Shown here one piece after another: positions 19,605 through 29,699 of a stretch of 64,000 bases of DNA. Below the pieces are notes generated by a model. The model saw only the letters and a program-made list of their open reading frames with translations. It made no database searches and was not told the origin of the DNA. The position numbers and the translations under genes were made by a program. Origin of the DNA: an uncultured Candidatus Entotheonella sp. (lineage in GTDB: Bacteria; Tectomicrobia; Entotheonellia; Entotheonellales; Entotheonellaceae); the NCBI GenBank assembly GCA_965217185.1, contig OZ244252.1, positions 2,464,001 to 2,528,000 on the forward strand, read 5' to 3'. Positions within the stretch are counted from its first letter, which is position 1; each line of letters begins with the position of its first letter.

Positions 19605-20012
19605 TTATTTCACGGTGACGTGCAAGCGCCGTCCGATGGCTTCCAAAGCGGCATCCATCTGATCCAGCCGGGAATGGTGCCCTACGTCGAGCACCCGGTC
19701 GACCTGGGGCAAATGCCAGCCGACACGCCGGGCCAACTCGGCTTTTCCGATCCCTTGGGTTTTCATCCCCTGATAGAGCATGACCTTCACCGCCGTGAGG
19801 GTGGGAAGGATGGCGCGGACCTTGCCCCTGGAAGGCGTGGGAATGTCCTGACCCAGGTGAATGCGTGCCGCAATCGCCTCCTGGAGCGCGTGGCCGGCGC
19901 GTGCCAGTGCCTCATCACGGTCGTCCCCGAAGGTTGTGAGTTCCGGGAAATCCGGGGAAGTGGCGAGGACGGTATGGTCGTCGTCTTCGAGCTTGATTGG
20001 ATAGGACAGCAT
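19605..20012 (-). CDS. hicB: HicB-family antitoxin (no adjacent hicA seen)
   Basis: YPIKLEDD, PDFPELTTFGD motifs and a C-terminal HTH. Confidence 0.82.
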   Translation of the reverse strand: MLSYPIKLEDDDHTVLATSPDFPELTTFGDDRDEALARAGHALQEAIAARIHLGQDIPTPSRGKVRAILPTLTAVKVMLYQGMKTQGIGKAELARRVGWHLPQVDRVLDVGHHSRLDQMDAALEAIGRRLHVTVK

Positions 20013-20249
20013 CAGTTCAACCTTCTTACAGCGATTTGCGTTCGCATGTTTGGTTTTCGCCGAAAGGGTGAGGCAGACATTCTTGTCTGCCCACGGAGGG
20101 CGGTCCCGCCCGCCACGCGGGCTGAAAGCCCGCGCCACCCTGGAAGGCTACGGCGCTGCCACATTACCGTCGAGCCTGCCGTATCGTCATGCGAAAATTG
20201 CTCTAAGTCCTTGATTGTGGATTGTCGGATTACGCTTCGCTAATCCGAC

Positions 20250-23213
20250 CTACAGCTTTTCCCCGTGCACCAGTTTGTCGAGATCCCAATCCACCGGCAC
20301 GCGCAGACGGACTTCGCCTTTACGGTCGAACAGGAGATGGCCGTGGGTGAGGCCGTAGCGGAAGAGGTCGCGGGTGAGGTCGACGTCTTGCCTGCAGTAG
20401 GTTTCGATGAGGTCGAGGCGGCCCTCTTTGTACCATTGCAAGGCTTGCAAGCCGTCGGCGGATTTGGGGGTGTTGAGGGTGGCAGTGCCGAGGGCGTCGA
20501 GGCTGAGGCGATAGCCGAGTTGGGCGTGGACGTCGCGCAGGATGTCGAGGGTGTTGAGTTGGCCGAAGTCAAAGGGGGTGTAGCCGCGCAGCACGCTGTA
20601 ATCGAAGCCGATGACGTTGAAGCCGATCACCAGGTCGGCGCCTTGCAGGTGGTGCAGAAGGGCCTCCACGTCGTCCTCGAAGTAGGTGGTATGGGCTTGT
20701 TGGTGACTGTCCCAGACGATGCCGAGGGACATGCCCATGAGGTAGGCGCGGTTCCAGCCGCCGACTTCGGCGGCGCTGCGCTGGGTTTCGAGATCGAACA
20801 CCACCAGGTGCGGGCCTTGCGGGGGCGGCTCCGCCGGCGCGGTTTCAACGACTTCCCAGGCGGCGAACATGGGCGCCTCGTCGGCGTCTTCGACGGCTGG
20901 CTCGCTGCTGAGGTCGAGGCGCTCGCGGCCGGTCAGAATTCTCAGCAAGTGGATGCCGCCTGCCTTGTCGAGCGGCACGTTGCCGGCGCCGCAGGTGGGA
21001 AAGTGGATGCACGACGGGCAGCCGCGCTCGCAATCGCAGGTTTCGACCAGGGCCAGGGTCATGTCCAGCAGCCGGTCAAGCATTGCAAAGCCTTTCTCGG
21101 CCAGACCGATGCCGCCGGGGTAGTAGTCGTAGACGAAGATGGCGCCCTTGCCCAGCTGCGGGTGCAGCGGGTAGCAGATGCCGCCGACGTCGGTGCGATT
21201 GCTCAACGCCAGGAGCGGGTAGAGCGACTTCATGGCGTGCTCGATGGCGTGGATCGAGCCCATGGTGTGGAAGCCGTGCCGTTTCAGGTCTTGTTGGTAT
21301 TGCGGCTCCAATTCCAGCCAGAAGCCGATGGTCTCCAGATGCTGGACCGGCGATTCCAGTGGGTGCTGGCTGATCATGGCGCCGTCGCGCACGCGGATCT
21401 TCTCGTAGCCCACCACCTGGGAGCGCACCTTGAGGCGTCCCAGTTTGGACAGAAAGCCCGGCATCGGGCGCGAGCGCAGGGTGTCCAGGATTTCCGTTTC
21501 CTTGTCCGTCTTGGCGCGGGTGTAATACGGCACCTCGACCGCATCGGCGTGGATGTGCGCCTTGGCCGGGTCGCGTCCGGTGATGAGGTACTGGCGGCCG
21601 CGATGCAGGTAGACGGCGCCGTCGTGGCACTCGCCGTATACCTGCCCGCCGCTCACCGTGCCGATGGGCGCCCCGGTGCTGCGGTCGTACAGGGTCCACG
21701 ACGCGCCGATGCTGCGCAGATTGACCCGGCGGTGCGGCTGCTTGCGGGCGGCGTGCCACGAGTCGCCGTCGGCGCTCTGCAGGAGCACGCCGTCGCGCAC
21801 CAACTCGTCTACCGCCGTCTGCCAACCGGGGATTGCATACTCGGGCTCGTCGCGGCTCAACGGCGTCTCGCGGGCGGCGCACGCCAGGTGGTCCTTGAGG
21901 ATGTAGGCGTTGGCCGGGTCCACCACGGCATCCTCGACGCTGCGCCCGAGGAAGTGTTCGGGGTATTTGATGAGGAACTGATCGAGGGCGTCCCGGCCGG
22001 CGATGAGGACGATCAGCGCCTCGCGTCCGCCGCGCCCCACCCGCCCGGCGCGCTGCCAGGTATTGACGATGGAGCCGGGGTAGCCGACGAGAATGCACAC
22101 GTCCAGGTTGCCGATGTCGATGCCCAGTTCCAGGGCCGAGGTAGACACGACGCCGAGCAACTCGCCCGCATGCAGGGCGGCCTCGATCTGGCGCCGTTCC
22201 TCGGGCAGGTAGCCGGCGCGGTACGAGGAGATGACGTCGCGCAGTTCGGGATGCCGCTGCGTGGCCGAGCGGTAAATGAGTTCTGTAATCACCCGCGCCC
22301 GCGTGAAGACGATCGTGCGCAGCCCGTTCGTCACGCTCACCCGCAGCAGGCGCGCGGCCAGGGCCTGCGGGCTTTCGGGCGGATTGACGAACACCACGTG
22401 CCGTGCCGCGGCCGGGGCGCCATTGTCGGAAACGGTGTGAAACGGCCGGTTCGCCAGGGTGGTGGCCAGGTGCTCGGGGTTGCCGATGGTGGCCGAGCTG
22501 GTCATGTAAGCCGGCCGGCTGCCATACGCGGCGCACAGGCGGTTCAGCCGTCGCAGCAGGTGCAGCACGTGGGTGCCGAACACGCCGCTGTAGGTGTGCA
22601 GTTCGTCGATCACCACGTAGCGCAGCCGTGCAAAGAACCCTGCCCATGCCTCGTGGAAGGCCAGTAGCCCGGCGTGCAGCATGTCCGGCGTGGTGATGAG
22701 CACGTTCGGCGGCGCGGCGCGAATCTGCCGGCGCCGGTGTGCCGGGGTATCGCCATCGTAAATTTCGACGCTGAGGCCGCGGCCCAGGCGCTGTAGCAGG
22801 GTGTGCAGCTCGTCGTGCTGATCCTGCACCAGGGCCTTGAGCGGGAAGATATAGAGCGCGTGCGCTTCCGGGTGCTCCAGCAGCGTGGTGATCACCGGCA
22901 CGTTGTAGACCAGGGTCTTGCCGCTCGCCGTCGGCGTCGCCACCACGACGTTTTCGCCGTCGAGCGCCTTGCCGATGCCCTCGGCCTGATGGCTGTACAG
23001 GGACGCGACCCCGGCGGCTTGCAGGATGTCCGCCACCGCGGGCGGGAAACGGCGCAGCGGCGGTGCCAGCCGACGTGGCCGTGTCGGAAGGGTGGTGTGA
23101 TGAACGACGGTGTCCTGCAGCACGTGGGCCTTGAGGAACTCGACGTAATCGGCCATCGAGCCGGGCTGGGGCGCCGGGTTGGGAAAAACGTCGGGCAGGT
23201 TGCTGTCGCTCAC
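20250..23213 (-). CDS. DEAH-box helicase with DUF1998 fused to an RNase H-like 3'-5' exonuclease (MrfA/MrfB-like fusion)
   Basis: TPTASGKT, DELH, QRAGRVGR and CDCERGCPSC motifs; C-terminal VFDLET, GFNVIGFD and YCRQDV. Confidence 0.9.
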   Translation of the reverse strand: MSDSNLPDVFPNPAPQPGSMADYVEFLKAHVLQDTVVHHTTLPTRPRRLAPPLRRFPPAVADILQAAGVASLYSHQAEGIGKALDGENVVVATPTASGKTLVYNVPVITTLLEHPEAHALYIFPLKALVQDQHDELHTLLQRLGRGLSVEIYDGDTPAHRRRQIRAAPPNVLITTPDMLHAGLLAFHEAWAGFFARLRYVVIDELHTYSGVFGTHVLHLLRRLNRLCAAYGSRPAYMTSSATIGNPEHLATTLANRPFHTVSDNGAPAAARHVVFVNPPESPQALAARLLRVSVTNGLRTIVFTRARVITELIYRSATQRHPELRDVISSYRAGYLPEERRQIEAALHAGELLGVVSTSALELGIDIGNLDVCILVGYPGSIVNTWQRAGRVGRGGREALIVLIAGRDALDQFLIKYPEHFLGRSVEDAVVDPANAYILKDHLACAARETPLSRDEPEYAIPGWQTAVDELVRDGVLLQSADGDSWHAARKQPHRRVNLRSIGASWTLYDRSTGAPIGTVSGGQVYGECHDGAVYLHRGRQYLITGRDPAKAHIHADAVEVPYYTRAKTDKETEILDTLRSRPMPGFLSKLGRLKVRSQVVGYEKIRVRDGAMISQHPLESPVQHLETIGFWLELEPQYQQDLKRHGFHTMGSIHAIEHAMKSLYPLLALSNRTDVGGICYPLHPQLGKGAIFVYDYYPGGIGLAEKGFAMLDRLLDMTLALVETCDCERGCPSCIHFPTCGAGNVPLDKAGGIHLLRILTGRERLDLSSEPAVEDADEAPMFAAWEVVETAPAEPPPQGPHLVVFDLETQRSAAEVGGWNRAYLMGMSLGIVWDSHQQAHTTYFEDDVEALLHHLQGADLVIGFNVIGFDYSVLRGYTPFDFGQLNTLDILRDVHAQLGYRLSLDALGTATLNTPKSADGLQALQWYKEGRLDLIETYCRQDVDLTRDLFRYGLTHGHLLFDRKGEVRLRVPVDWDLDKLVHGEKL

Positions 23214-23366
23214 CTGGGTTCCTTGCGCGGGTGTGGTGGACTGAGCTGAAACACAGCGGTGTTCAGCCTACCGCCTTACTTCCGCCGGGGCAATATGGTA
23301 GTCTTTCGCGGCTGCCTGTATGCGGTACGCCCGTCCATGACGCGAATCTACAAGGGGAAAAGAGAG

Positions 23367-24005
23367 ATGGTCGAAGCGAAAGACGCGGTTGAGTTTTACT
23401 GGGACCCGGTTTGTCCCTGGTGTTGGATCACGGCCCGCTGGATGGAAGACGTCGGGCAGCACAAGGACATCAAGGTGCACTGGAAATTGTTCAGCCTGAA
23501 GAAAATCAACGAGGGCCGCGACCTGCCGCCGCAATTTGGCCCCCGGCACCTGATGGGACTGCGCGCCCTGCGCGTCGCCGCGGCGGTGCGGCAAGATCTC
23601 GGCGAGGAGGCAGTCGGCAAGCTGTACACCGTCATGGGCGCCCGTTGGCACCACGATGAGGTGGACATTGGCGAGGTGCCCGAGCTGGCATCCATCCTCG
23701 CGACCTGCGGCTTCTCCACGGATTTCGCCACCGCTGCGGACGACGAGGGATGGGACGAGGTGATCAAGAAGGACATGGAGAACGCCACCGCCAAAGCCGG
23801 CACCGACGTCGGCGTGCCGCTGATCGTTCTCGACGGCGGCAGCGGCCCCGGCTTTTTCGGCCCGGTGTTCAGCCCGGCGCCGACCGGACAGGCTGCCGTG
23901 GATCTGTGGGACGCCATGGTCCTTGCAGGCCGCACGGACGGCTTTTACGAGTTCAAGCGCACGCGCGAGACGGGTCCGATTTTTGCCGAGCGCCCCAGCG
24001 TTTAA
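23367..24005 (+). CDS. DsbA-like thioredoxin-fold protein (Rv2466c-like)
   Basis: FYWDPVCPWCW, VGVP, FFGPV and FYEFKRTR motifs. Confidence 0.82.
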   Translation: MVEAKDAVEFYWDPVCPWCWITARWMEDVGQHKDIKVHWKLFSLKKINEGRDLPPQFGPRHLMGLRALRVAAAVRQDLGEEAVGKLYTVMGARWHHDEVDIGEVPELASILATCGFSTDFATAADDEGWDEVIKKDMENATAKAGTDVGVPLIVLDGGSGPGFFGPVFSPAPTGQAAVDLWDAMVLAGRTDGFYEFKRTRETGPIFAERPSV

Positions 24006-24081
24006 CCCCCGCGGCGCCCTTCCTGAAGTCCGGCAGGGGGTGCAGCCGGCCCCCTGCCCCTTGCAAAGCAGATCAACCGCC

Positions 24082-24819
24082 ATGCCGCCTGACACGCCGC
24101 CAATGCCCCAGCGTCACCTGAAATTTTCGGGGACGTACAATTTCCGCGATGTCGGCGGCTATCCCGCCCGCAATGGCGGCACCACCCGCTGGCGCACCCT
24201 GTTCCGTTCCGACAGCCCGCACCGTCTGTCCGAGGCCGACCGCACCTCCCTTATCGAGTGTGGCTTGCGGACCGCAATCGATCTCAGGCAGGCCGAAGAA
24301 CTGACCGAGGCGCCCAACGTTTTTGCGGCGTCGGCTCACGTTACCTATCGCCACTTGCCGCTCCTGAACGACACCCCTGCCATGCCGGAAGTTCTACCGA
24401 CCCTCGTTGAGATATACCGCAGTATTCTGGACGACCGCAGCGAGCAGGTGGGCGCCGCGCTGGCAGCCCTGGCAACGCCGGGTGCCTTGCCGGCGGTGGT
24501 GAACTGCACGGCGGGCAAGGACCGCACCGGACTGATCGTGGCGCTGGTGCTCGGCCTCGCCGGGGTGCCGGAGGAGACCATCGTGGCGGATTATGCGTTG
24601 AGCGGTACTTGTCTGGCGGATGTCTATCTTGAAGAGGCCCGCCAGCGGGCCGAGGCGCAGGGCTTTTCGTATGACTTGTTGGTCCTGTGCGACCCCGACT
24701 TCATGCGGACGACGCTGGCGCATCTCAAGACACGCTACGGCGGCATCGAAGCGTATGTTCGGACGACCGGTCTGGGTGACGCGGAAATCGACCGATTGCG
24801 GCGGGCCATGGTGGCGTGA
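24082..24819 (+). CDS. protein tyrosine/serine phosphatase
   Basis: NFRDVGGY and the CTAGKDRTG catalytic loop. Confidence 0.9.
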   Translation: MPPDTPPMPQRHLKFSGTYNFRDVGGYPARNGGTTRWRTLFRSDSPHRLSEADRTSLIECGLRTAIDLRQAEELTEAPNVFAASAHVTYRHLPLLNDTPAMPEVLPTLVEIYRSILDDRSEQVGAALAALATPGALPAVVNCTAGKDRTGLIVALVLGLAGVPEETIVADYALSGTCLADVYLEEARQRAEAQGFSYDLLVLCDPDFMRTTLAHLKTRYGGIEAYVRTTGLGDAEIDRLRRAMVA

Positions 24820-24835
24820 GAGAGAGGAGAACGGC

Positions 24836-25519
24836 ATGAACGGCATTCACGACATGGGCGGCATGCACGGCTTCGGGCCTATAGAGCGGGAAGCGAACGA
24901 GCCGGTGTTCCACCACGACTGGGAGGGCCGGGTGTTCGCCATGCGGGTGGTGACGCCGGTGCCCATTCCGGGCGGCGCGCGCAACAACATCGAGAAAATG
25001 GAGCCGCTGCACTACCTGCGGTCGAGCTATTATGAGAAATGGCTGCACGCCCGCGTCAGGGGGCTCATCGACAGCGGCGTGCTGACCGCCGAGGAATTGC
25101 AGGCCCGGGAAACGCTCCACCGCGACCAGCCCGAAACCCCGATGCCGCGCCGTGAAGATGGGGAACGGGTTCGGACCGTGCTGGCGAACCTGCGCACGCA
25201 TCGCTCACCGCGCCGCGACGTGGACACACAGCCGCAGTTCGATATCGGCGACGCCGTGCGGGTCCGCAACCTGCACCCGCCCGGCCATACCCGTTTGCCC
25301 CGCTACGTGCGCGGCAAACGCGGCGTGGTGACGCGCTTTTACGGTTTCCAGGACGTGCAGGACGCGCAGCCGTCCGGTGTTGTCATCGAACCCCAGGCGG
25401 TGTACGCGGTCCGCTTGGCGGCCTCGGAACTTTGGGGAGACGCCGCGGAGGCCAACAGCACGGTCTGCATCGACATGTGGGAAAGCTATCTCGAACCGCT
25501 GGAGGATCAAGGCATATGA
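24836..25519 (+). CDS. nthB: nitrile hydratase beta subunit
   Basis: [20 protein letters not shown] and [12 protein letters not shown] motifs. Confidence 0.95.
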   Translation: MNGIHDMGGMHGFGPIEREANEPVFHHDWEGRVFAMRVVTPVPIPGGARNNIEKMEPLHYLRSSYYEKWLHARVRGLIDSGVLTAEELQARETLHRDQPETPMPRREDGERVRTVLANLRTHRSPRRDVDTQPQFDIGDAVRVRNLHPPGHTRLPRYVRGKRGVVTRFYGFQDVQDAQPSGVVIEPQAVYAVRLAASELWGDAAEANSTVCIDMWESYLEPLEDQGI

Positions 25520-26118
25520 GCGGCACACACCACGACCACGCCGGAAGCGACGCCGACGTGGCGCTGCGCACCCAGGCCCTGGAGTCCCTGTTGGTCGAAA
25601 AGGGCCTCATCACCACCGACGTCATCGACGCCGTGGTGCGCACCTACGAGCAGGACGTCGGGCCGCTCAACGGCGCCAAGGTGGTGGCCCGCGCCTGGAC
25701 CGACCCCGCCTACAAGCAGCGCCTGCTGGCCGACGGCACCGCGGCGGTGGCGGAACTGGGATTCAGCGGCGCGCAGGGCGCCGACATCGTCGTGCTGGAG
25801 AACGCCCCAAGCGTGCACAACGTGGTGGTCTGTACCCTGTGCTCGTGCTACCCCTGGCCCGTTCTGGGGCTGCCGCCCGCCTGGTACAAGTCGTACGCCT
25901 ACCGCTCGCGGCTGGTCCGCGAGCCGCGAACGGTGCTGCGCGAGTTCGGCCTCGACCTGCCGGAAAGCATCGAGGTGCGCGTCTGGGACAGCAACTCCGA
26001 CATCCGCTACATGGTGCTGCCCGAACGACCGGCGGGCACGGAGCATCTGCGCGAAGACGAGCTCGTTCCCTTGGTCACCCGCGATGCGATGATCGGCACG
26101 GCGGTTGTGCGCGGGTGA
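25516..26118 (+). CDS. nthA: nitrile hydratase alpha subunit, cobalt type
   Basis: VCTLCSCY metal-binding motif (Thr and Tyr indicate Co type). Confidence 0.96.
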   Translation: MSGTHHDHAGSDADVALRTQALESLLVEKGLITTDVIDAVVRTYEQDVGPLNGAKVVARAWTDPAYKQRLLADGTAAVAELGFSGAQGADIVVLENAPSVHNVVVCTLCSCYPWPVLGLPPAWYKSYAYRSRLVREPRTVLREFGLDLPESIEVRVWDSNSDIRYMVLPERPAGTEHLREDELVPLVTRDAMIGTAVVRG

Positions 26119-26212
26119 TGCGGAGCCCTGGACGCCTGTAGCGTGTTTGGGTAAATTTGCCACCCGCCAGGTACAACCTTGAAGGGCTCGTCTCAAATGG
26201 GAATGATGCAAC

Positions 26213-26623
26213 ATGCCACCACTAAAGACGTATGATTTGTTCATAAGCCACGCATGGAAATACGACGATGACTATTACAGACTCGTCAAACTGCTGGAAA
26301 ATGCAATTTACTTCAGGTGGAGAAATTACAGCGTCCCTCAGCATGACCCCCTTGACGCGAACAATACTCCACGACTTGCTGAGTCACTCAAACAGCAGAT
26401 CAGACCCGTAAATGTAGTGCTTATAATTTCAGGCATGTACGTGTATCACAGGGACTGGATTCAGTATGAAATTGAAGTAGCTCAAAGTTACCACAAGCCG
26501 ATCATCGGAATTGAGCCCTGGGGTTCTCAGCGCATTCCTACTGAAGTTCAGTTGGCCGCAATAGCAATGGTGGGGTGGCGCACAGATTCAGTCGTCACCG
26601 CGATTAGGGCACACGCGATATGA
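26213..26623 (+). CDS. TIR-domain protein (ThsB/MTH538-like)
   Basis: YDLFISHAW and DWIQYEI (putative catalytic Glu), KPIIGI; AT-richer than flanks. Confidence 0.85.
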   Translation: MPPLKTYDLFISHAWKYDDDYYRLVKLLENAIYFRWRNYSVPQHDPLDANNTPRLAESLKQQIRPVNVVLIISGMYVYHRDWIQYEIEVAQSYHKPIIGIEPWGSQRIPTEVQLAAIAMVGWRTDSVVTAIRAHAI

Positions 26624-27102
26624 AGCCCGACGAATACGGCGAAAAGTATCAGGACCATCTTCTGGAGCAGTACAAGCTCTTCGTCGAGATGGCGGATAGG
26701 GTGAGCCAGCGCAGGGAGCAATCAAACAGGTTTTACGTGACCTTCGTGTCCGCTATCGCCGGGCTCCTGATGGTACTGGCAAGATTTGGCACATCGGTCA
26801 ACGGTATCTGGCCTGTCGTGTTTCTGATAAGCGGGCTGCTCGGGACGGCCCTGTCGTTCATCTGGTTCCTCAATATCAAGTCCTGCCGGACCCTAAATTC
26901 AGCAAAGTTCGAGATCATCAATGATCTGGAGCGGCAACTGCCGTACCAGGGATATTCAAAGGAATGGGAACTGCTTCGTCCCGCAACCGGCTCTCCCAAA
27001 TACCTTCAGCTCACAAGAATCGAGCAGCTTGTACCTGCGGTCATCATTCTGCTTTTTCTTGGGGTAGCGGGATACGGCGCGTTTTTGCTGGTATGCCGTT
27101 AA
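26620..27102 (+). CDS. small multi-pass membrane protein, translationally coupled to the TIR gene
   Basis: ATGA overlap; LLEQYKLFVEMADRVSQRREQSNRFY followed by about 3 hydrophobic helices. Confidence 0.8.
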   Translation: MKPDEYGEKYQDHLLEQYKLFVEMADRVSQRREQSNRFYVTFVSAIAGLLMVLARFGTSVNGIWPVVFLISGLLGTALSFIWFLNIKSCRTLNSAKFEIINDLERQLPYQGYSKEWELLRPATGSPKYLQLTRIEQLVPAVIILLFLGVAGYGAFLLVCR

Positions 27103-27125
27103 CGTTACCAACGTGGAGACGATCA

Positions 27126-27491
27126 GTGTCTTCCAAACGCATAGACGAAACGCCCCACCGCCAAATAACCGAAATGCCGGGCGAGATGGCCCTGCCGCGG
27201 GAAAACGGTGAACTGGTTTTCGCCACGCCGTGGGAGGCGAGGGCGTTTGGCCTTGCGGTAGCCTTGCAGGAAAGTGGCGTTTATGAATGGCGGGAATTCA
27301 GCGCCGCCCTGGCAACGGAAATCGCCAGGGCGGAACAGGCGGGAAATTCGTCGACTTACTACGAACGCTGGCTTCTAAGCCTCGAAAAGCTTCTCACCGC
27401 CAATGGCTTGGTGACGCCGTCGGAAATCAGCGACCGCATGGCGTCACACGCCGCCCATGACGACCACGCAGATCACGGCCATGAGCCATAA
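27126..27491 (+). CDS. nitrile hydratase accessory protein (P14K-like)
   Basis: LPRENGELVFATPWEARAF and YYERWL motifs; His-rich tail. Confidence 0.88.
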   Translation: MSSKRIDETPHRQITEMPGEMALPRENGELVFATPWEARAFGLAVALQESGVYEWREFSAALATEIARAEQAGNSSTYYERWLLSLEKLLTANGLVTPSEISDRMASHAAHDDHADHGHEP

Positions 27492-27943
27492 ATCGGGTTC
27501 GCATGGTGTCATCCGATTTACCATCGGCTAGAGAAACTCCGCATCGGATTGAACCATGTGCGGACTGGGCTTCGAGTAGGTCGGGTTAGCCGTCGGCGTA
27601 ACCCGACATCGGAATCCTTCAGAGCGGCGAAATGTCGGATTACTAATCCGACCTACATCTACTTCTCACCGCCAGTGGCTTGGTGACGCCGTCGGAAATC
27701 AGCGACCGCGTGGGGCGTCACACGCCGCCCATGACGACCACGCAGATCACGGCCCTGAGCCATAAATCGGGTTCGCGTGGTGTCATCCGATTTACCATCG
27801 GCTAGAGAAACTCCGCATCGGATTGAATCATGTGCGGACTGGGCTTCGAGTAGGTCGGGTTAGCCGTCGGCGTAACCCGACATCGGAATCCTTCAGAGCG
27901 GCGGAATGTCGGATTACGCTTCGCTAATCCGACCTACATCTAC
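27390..27943 (+). repeat. about 275-bp imperfect tandem duplication (27390-27662 and 27662-27943)
   Basis: The 3' end of the accessory gene plus a REP doublet is repeated with a few SNPs and indels. Confidence 0.9.
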
Positions 27944-27962
27944 AGGTTGATGCGGAAATGTT

Positions 27963-29606
27963 CTACCGCCAATAGCTGCAAATGTCTTCCTCCTCCTTGG
28001 TCATCACCTCCAGCAACGCCGGCTGCCCCTCCCGGTTAGCCGCCAGGCCCCGCTGGATGGCGCCGCCGATGGCGTCCGGCGTCGCCACCTTCTCCGCGTA
28101 AGCCCCAAGCGCCTCCGCCACCTTCGCGTATTCACCACCGAGCTTGTTGCTGCCCCAGTGCTTGGCGGCGTGCGGGAAGTGGTCGGCGTAGTGCGTCATG
28201 ACGCCGTTGTTGAGGACGATGGTGAGGATGCCGATGCGCGACCGGGCGGCGGTTTCCACGTCCATGCCGGCCATGCCGAAGGCCGCGTCGCCCATGATGT
28301 TGATGACCGTCTTGTCGGGTGCGGCGAGCTTGGCGCCCATCGCCAGGCCGAGGCCATAGCCGAGCTGCGTCGACTTGCCCCAGCCGATGTAGCCGCGCGG
28401 CGTCACCGGCCTCCAGAAAGGCACGAGCTGCTCGCGGGGATAGCCCGAATCGTGGGTGATGATGGTGTTGGCCACGTCCACGTTGTGGGCGATCTCGCTG
28501 ATCACCCGGTACGGGCTCATCGGCACCTCGTCCGACGCCAGCCGCGGACCCCATTCCGCCATGAAGGCATCCCGCGAGCGGTTGATGGCGTCCACCACGC
28601 CGTTCACGTCGCCCCGGCCCTGCGCGCCGAGTTGCCGCTTGGCCTCCTCGATCATCTGCTGCAGCACGATCTTCGCATCGCCCACGGCGCCGTAATCGAC
28701 CCGGTAATCCTTGTTGAGGTCCTCGGCGTAATTGGTGCACTGGGCCAGGGGGACGCCGCTGGGCAGTGGCACGTTGAAGTGTGAAATGGCGAAGCTGGTA
28801 CCGATGCCCAGGATGAAGTCGGTGTTGCGCAGGAAGTCGCGCGCCATCATCGTGCCGGAAGATGCGGCGGTGCCCAGGGCCAAGGGGTGGGTTTCGGGAA
28901 AGGCGCTCTTGCCGGCCAGGGTGGTAAACACCGGGACCTGGGTCAACTCGGCGAAGGCGACGAGCTCCGGCGTGGCCTCGGCGTACAGGACGCCCTGGCC
29001 GGCGTTGATGACCGGGTTCGACGCCTTGAGCAACGCCGTCACCACGTCGCGCACGTCCTCGGCACTGGCGCCGGACTTGTGCACCTTGGGCGGTGTGTAG
29101 GTGAAGGAATCCTGGGGAATCTCGGTGGCGGCGACGTCGCCGGGGATTTCCAGCAGCACCGGCCCCGGGCGCCCGTGCCGCAGCTGGGTGAAGGCGCGCG
29201 ACATCATCTCGGGGATGCGCTCGACCTGATTGAACAGCCCGGCCCACTTGGTGATGCCCTGATAGTTGGGCACCGCCTCGAAATTCGGATGCACGCCCAT
29301 GCGTGACGCCGGCTGGCCGCCGGGCAGCAGCAGGATGGGAACCGAATCGGCAAACGCCTGCGCGACGCCGCTGAAGGCGTTCTCGGCGCCCGGTCCGGTC
29401 TGCATGGTGAAGACGCCGATCTTTTTGCCGTTGGTGGTCCGGCTGTAGCCGTCCGCCATGTTCACGCCGGCCCGCTCCTGGCGGCACATGATAGGCCGAA
29501 TGCCTTCTATGGACGCCACGTCGATCAAGCCCTGCGCCGGGAAGCAGGACAACCAGTCAACCCCTTCGGCTTTGAGTATCTGCGCAATAACCTGGTTCCC
29601 TTGCAT
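27963..29606 (-). CDS. thiamine-diphosphate-dependent enzyme (acetolactate synthase superfamily)
   Basis: RQERAGVNMADG, GPGAEN and GDAAF...NN ThDP motif. Confidence 0.9.
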   Translation of the reverse strand: MQGNQVIAQILKAEGVDWLSCFPAQGLIDVASIEGIRPIMCRQERAGVNMADGYSRTTNGKKIGVFTMQTGPGAENAFSGVAQAFADSVPILLLPGGQPASRMGVHPNFEAVPNYQGITKWAGLFNQVERIPEMMSRAFTQLRHGRPGPVLLEIPGDVAATEIPQDSFTYTPPKVHKSGASAEDVRDVVTALLKASNPVINAGQGVLYAEATPELVAFAELTQVPVFTTLAGKSAFPETHPLALGTAASSGTMMARDFLRNTDFILGIGTSFAISHFNVPLPSGVPLAQCTNYAEDLNKDYRVDYGAVGDAKIVLQQMIEEAKRQLGAQGRGDVNGVVDAINRSRDAFMAEWGPRLASDEVPMSPYRVISEIAHNVDVANTIITHDSGYPREQLVPFWRPVTPRGYIGWGKSTQLGYGLGLAMGAKLAAPDKTVINIMGDAAFGMAGMDVETAARSRIGILTIVLNNGVMTHYADHFPHAAKHWGSNKLGGEYAKVAEALGAYAEKVATPDAIGGAIQRGLAANREGQPALLEVMTKEEEDICSYWR

Positions 29607-29699
29607 GCGTGCTCCTTCAGTGGGAAATAACGGAGGTCATAACTCTCTATAAAATCAATCTCTTAGAGACGCCTTCCCTGAAAGTGTCCGGACGCGATG

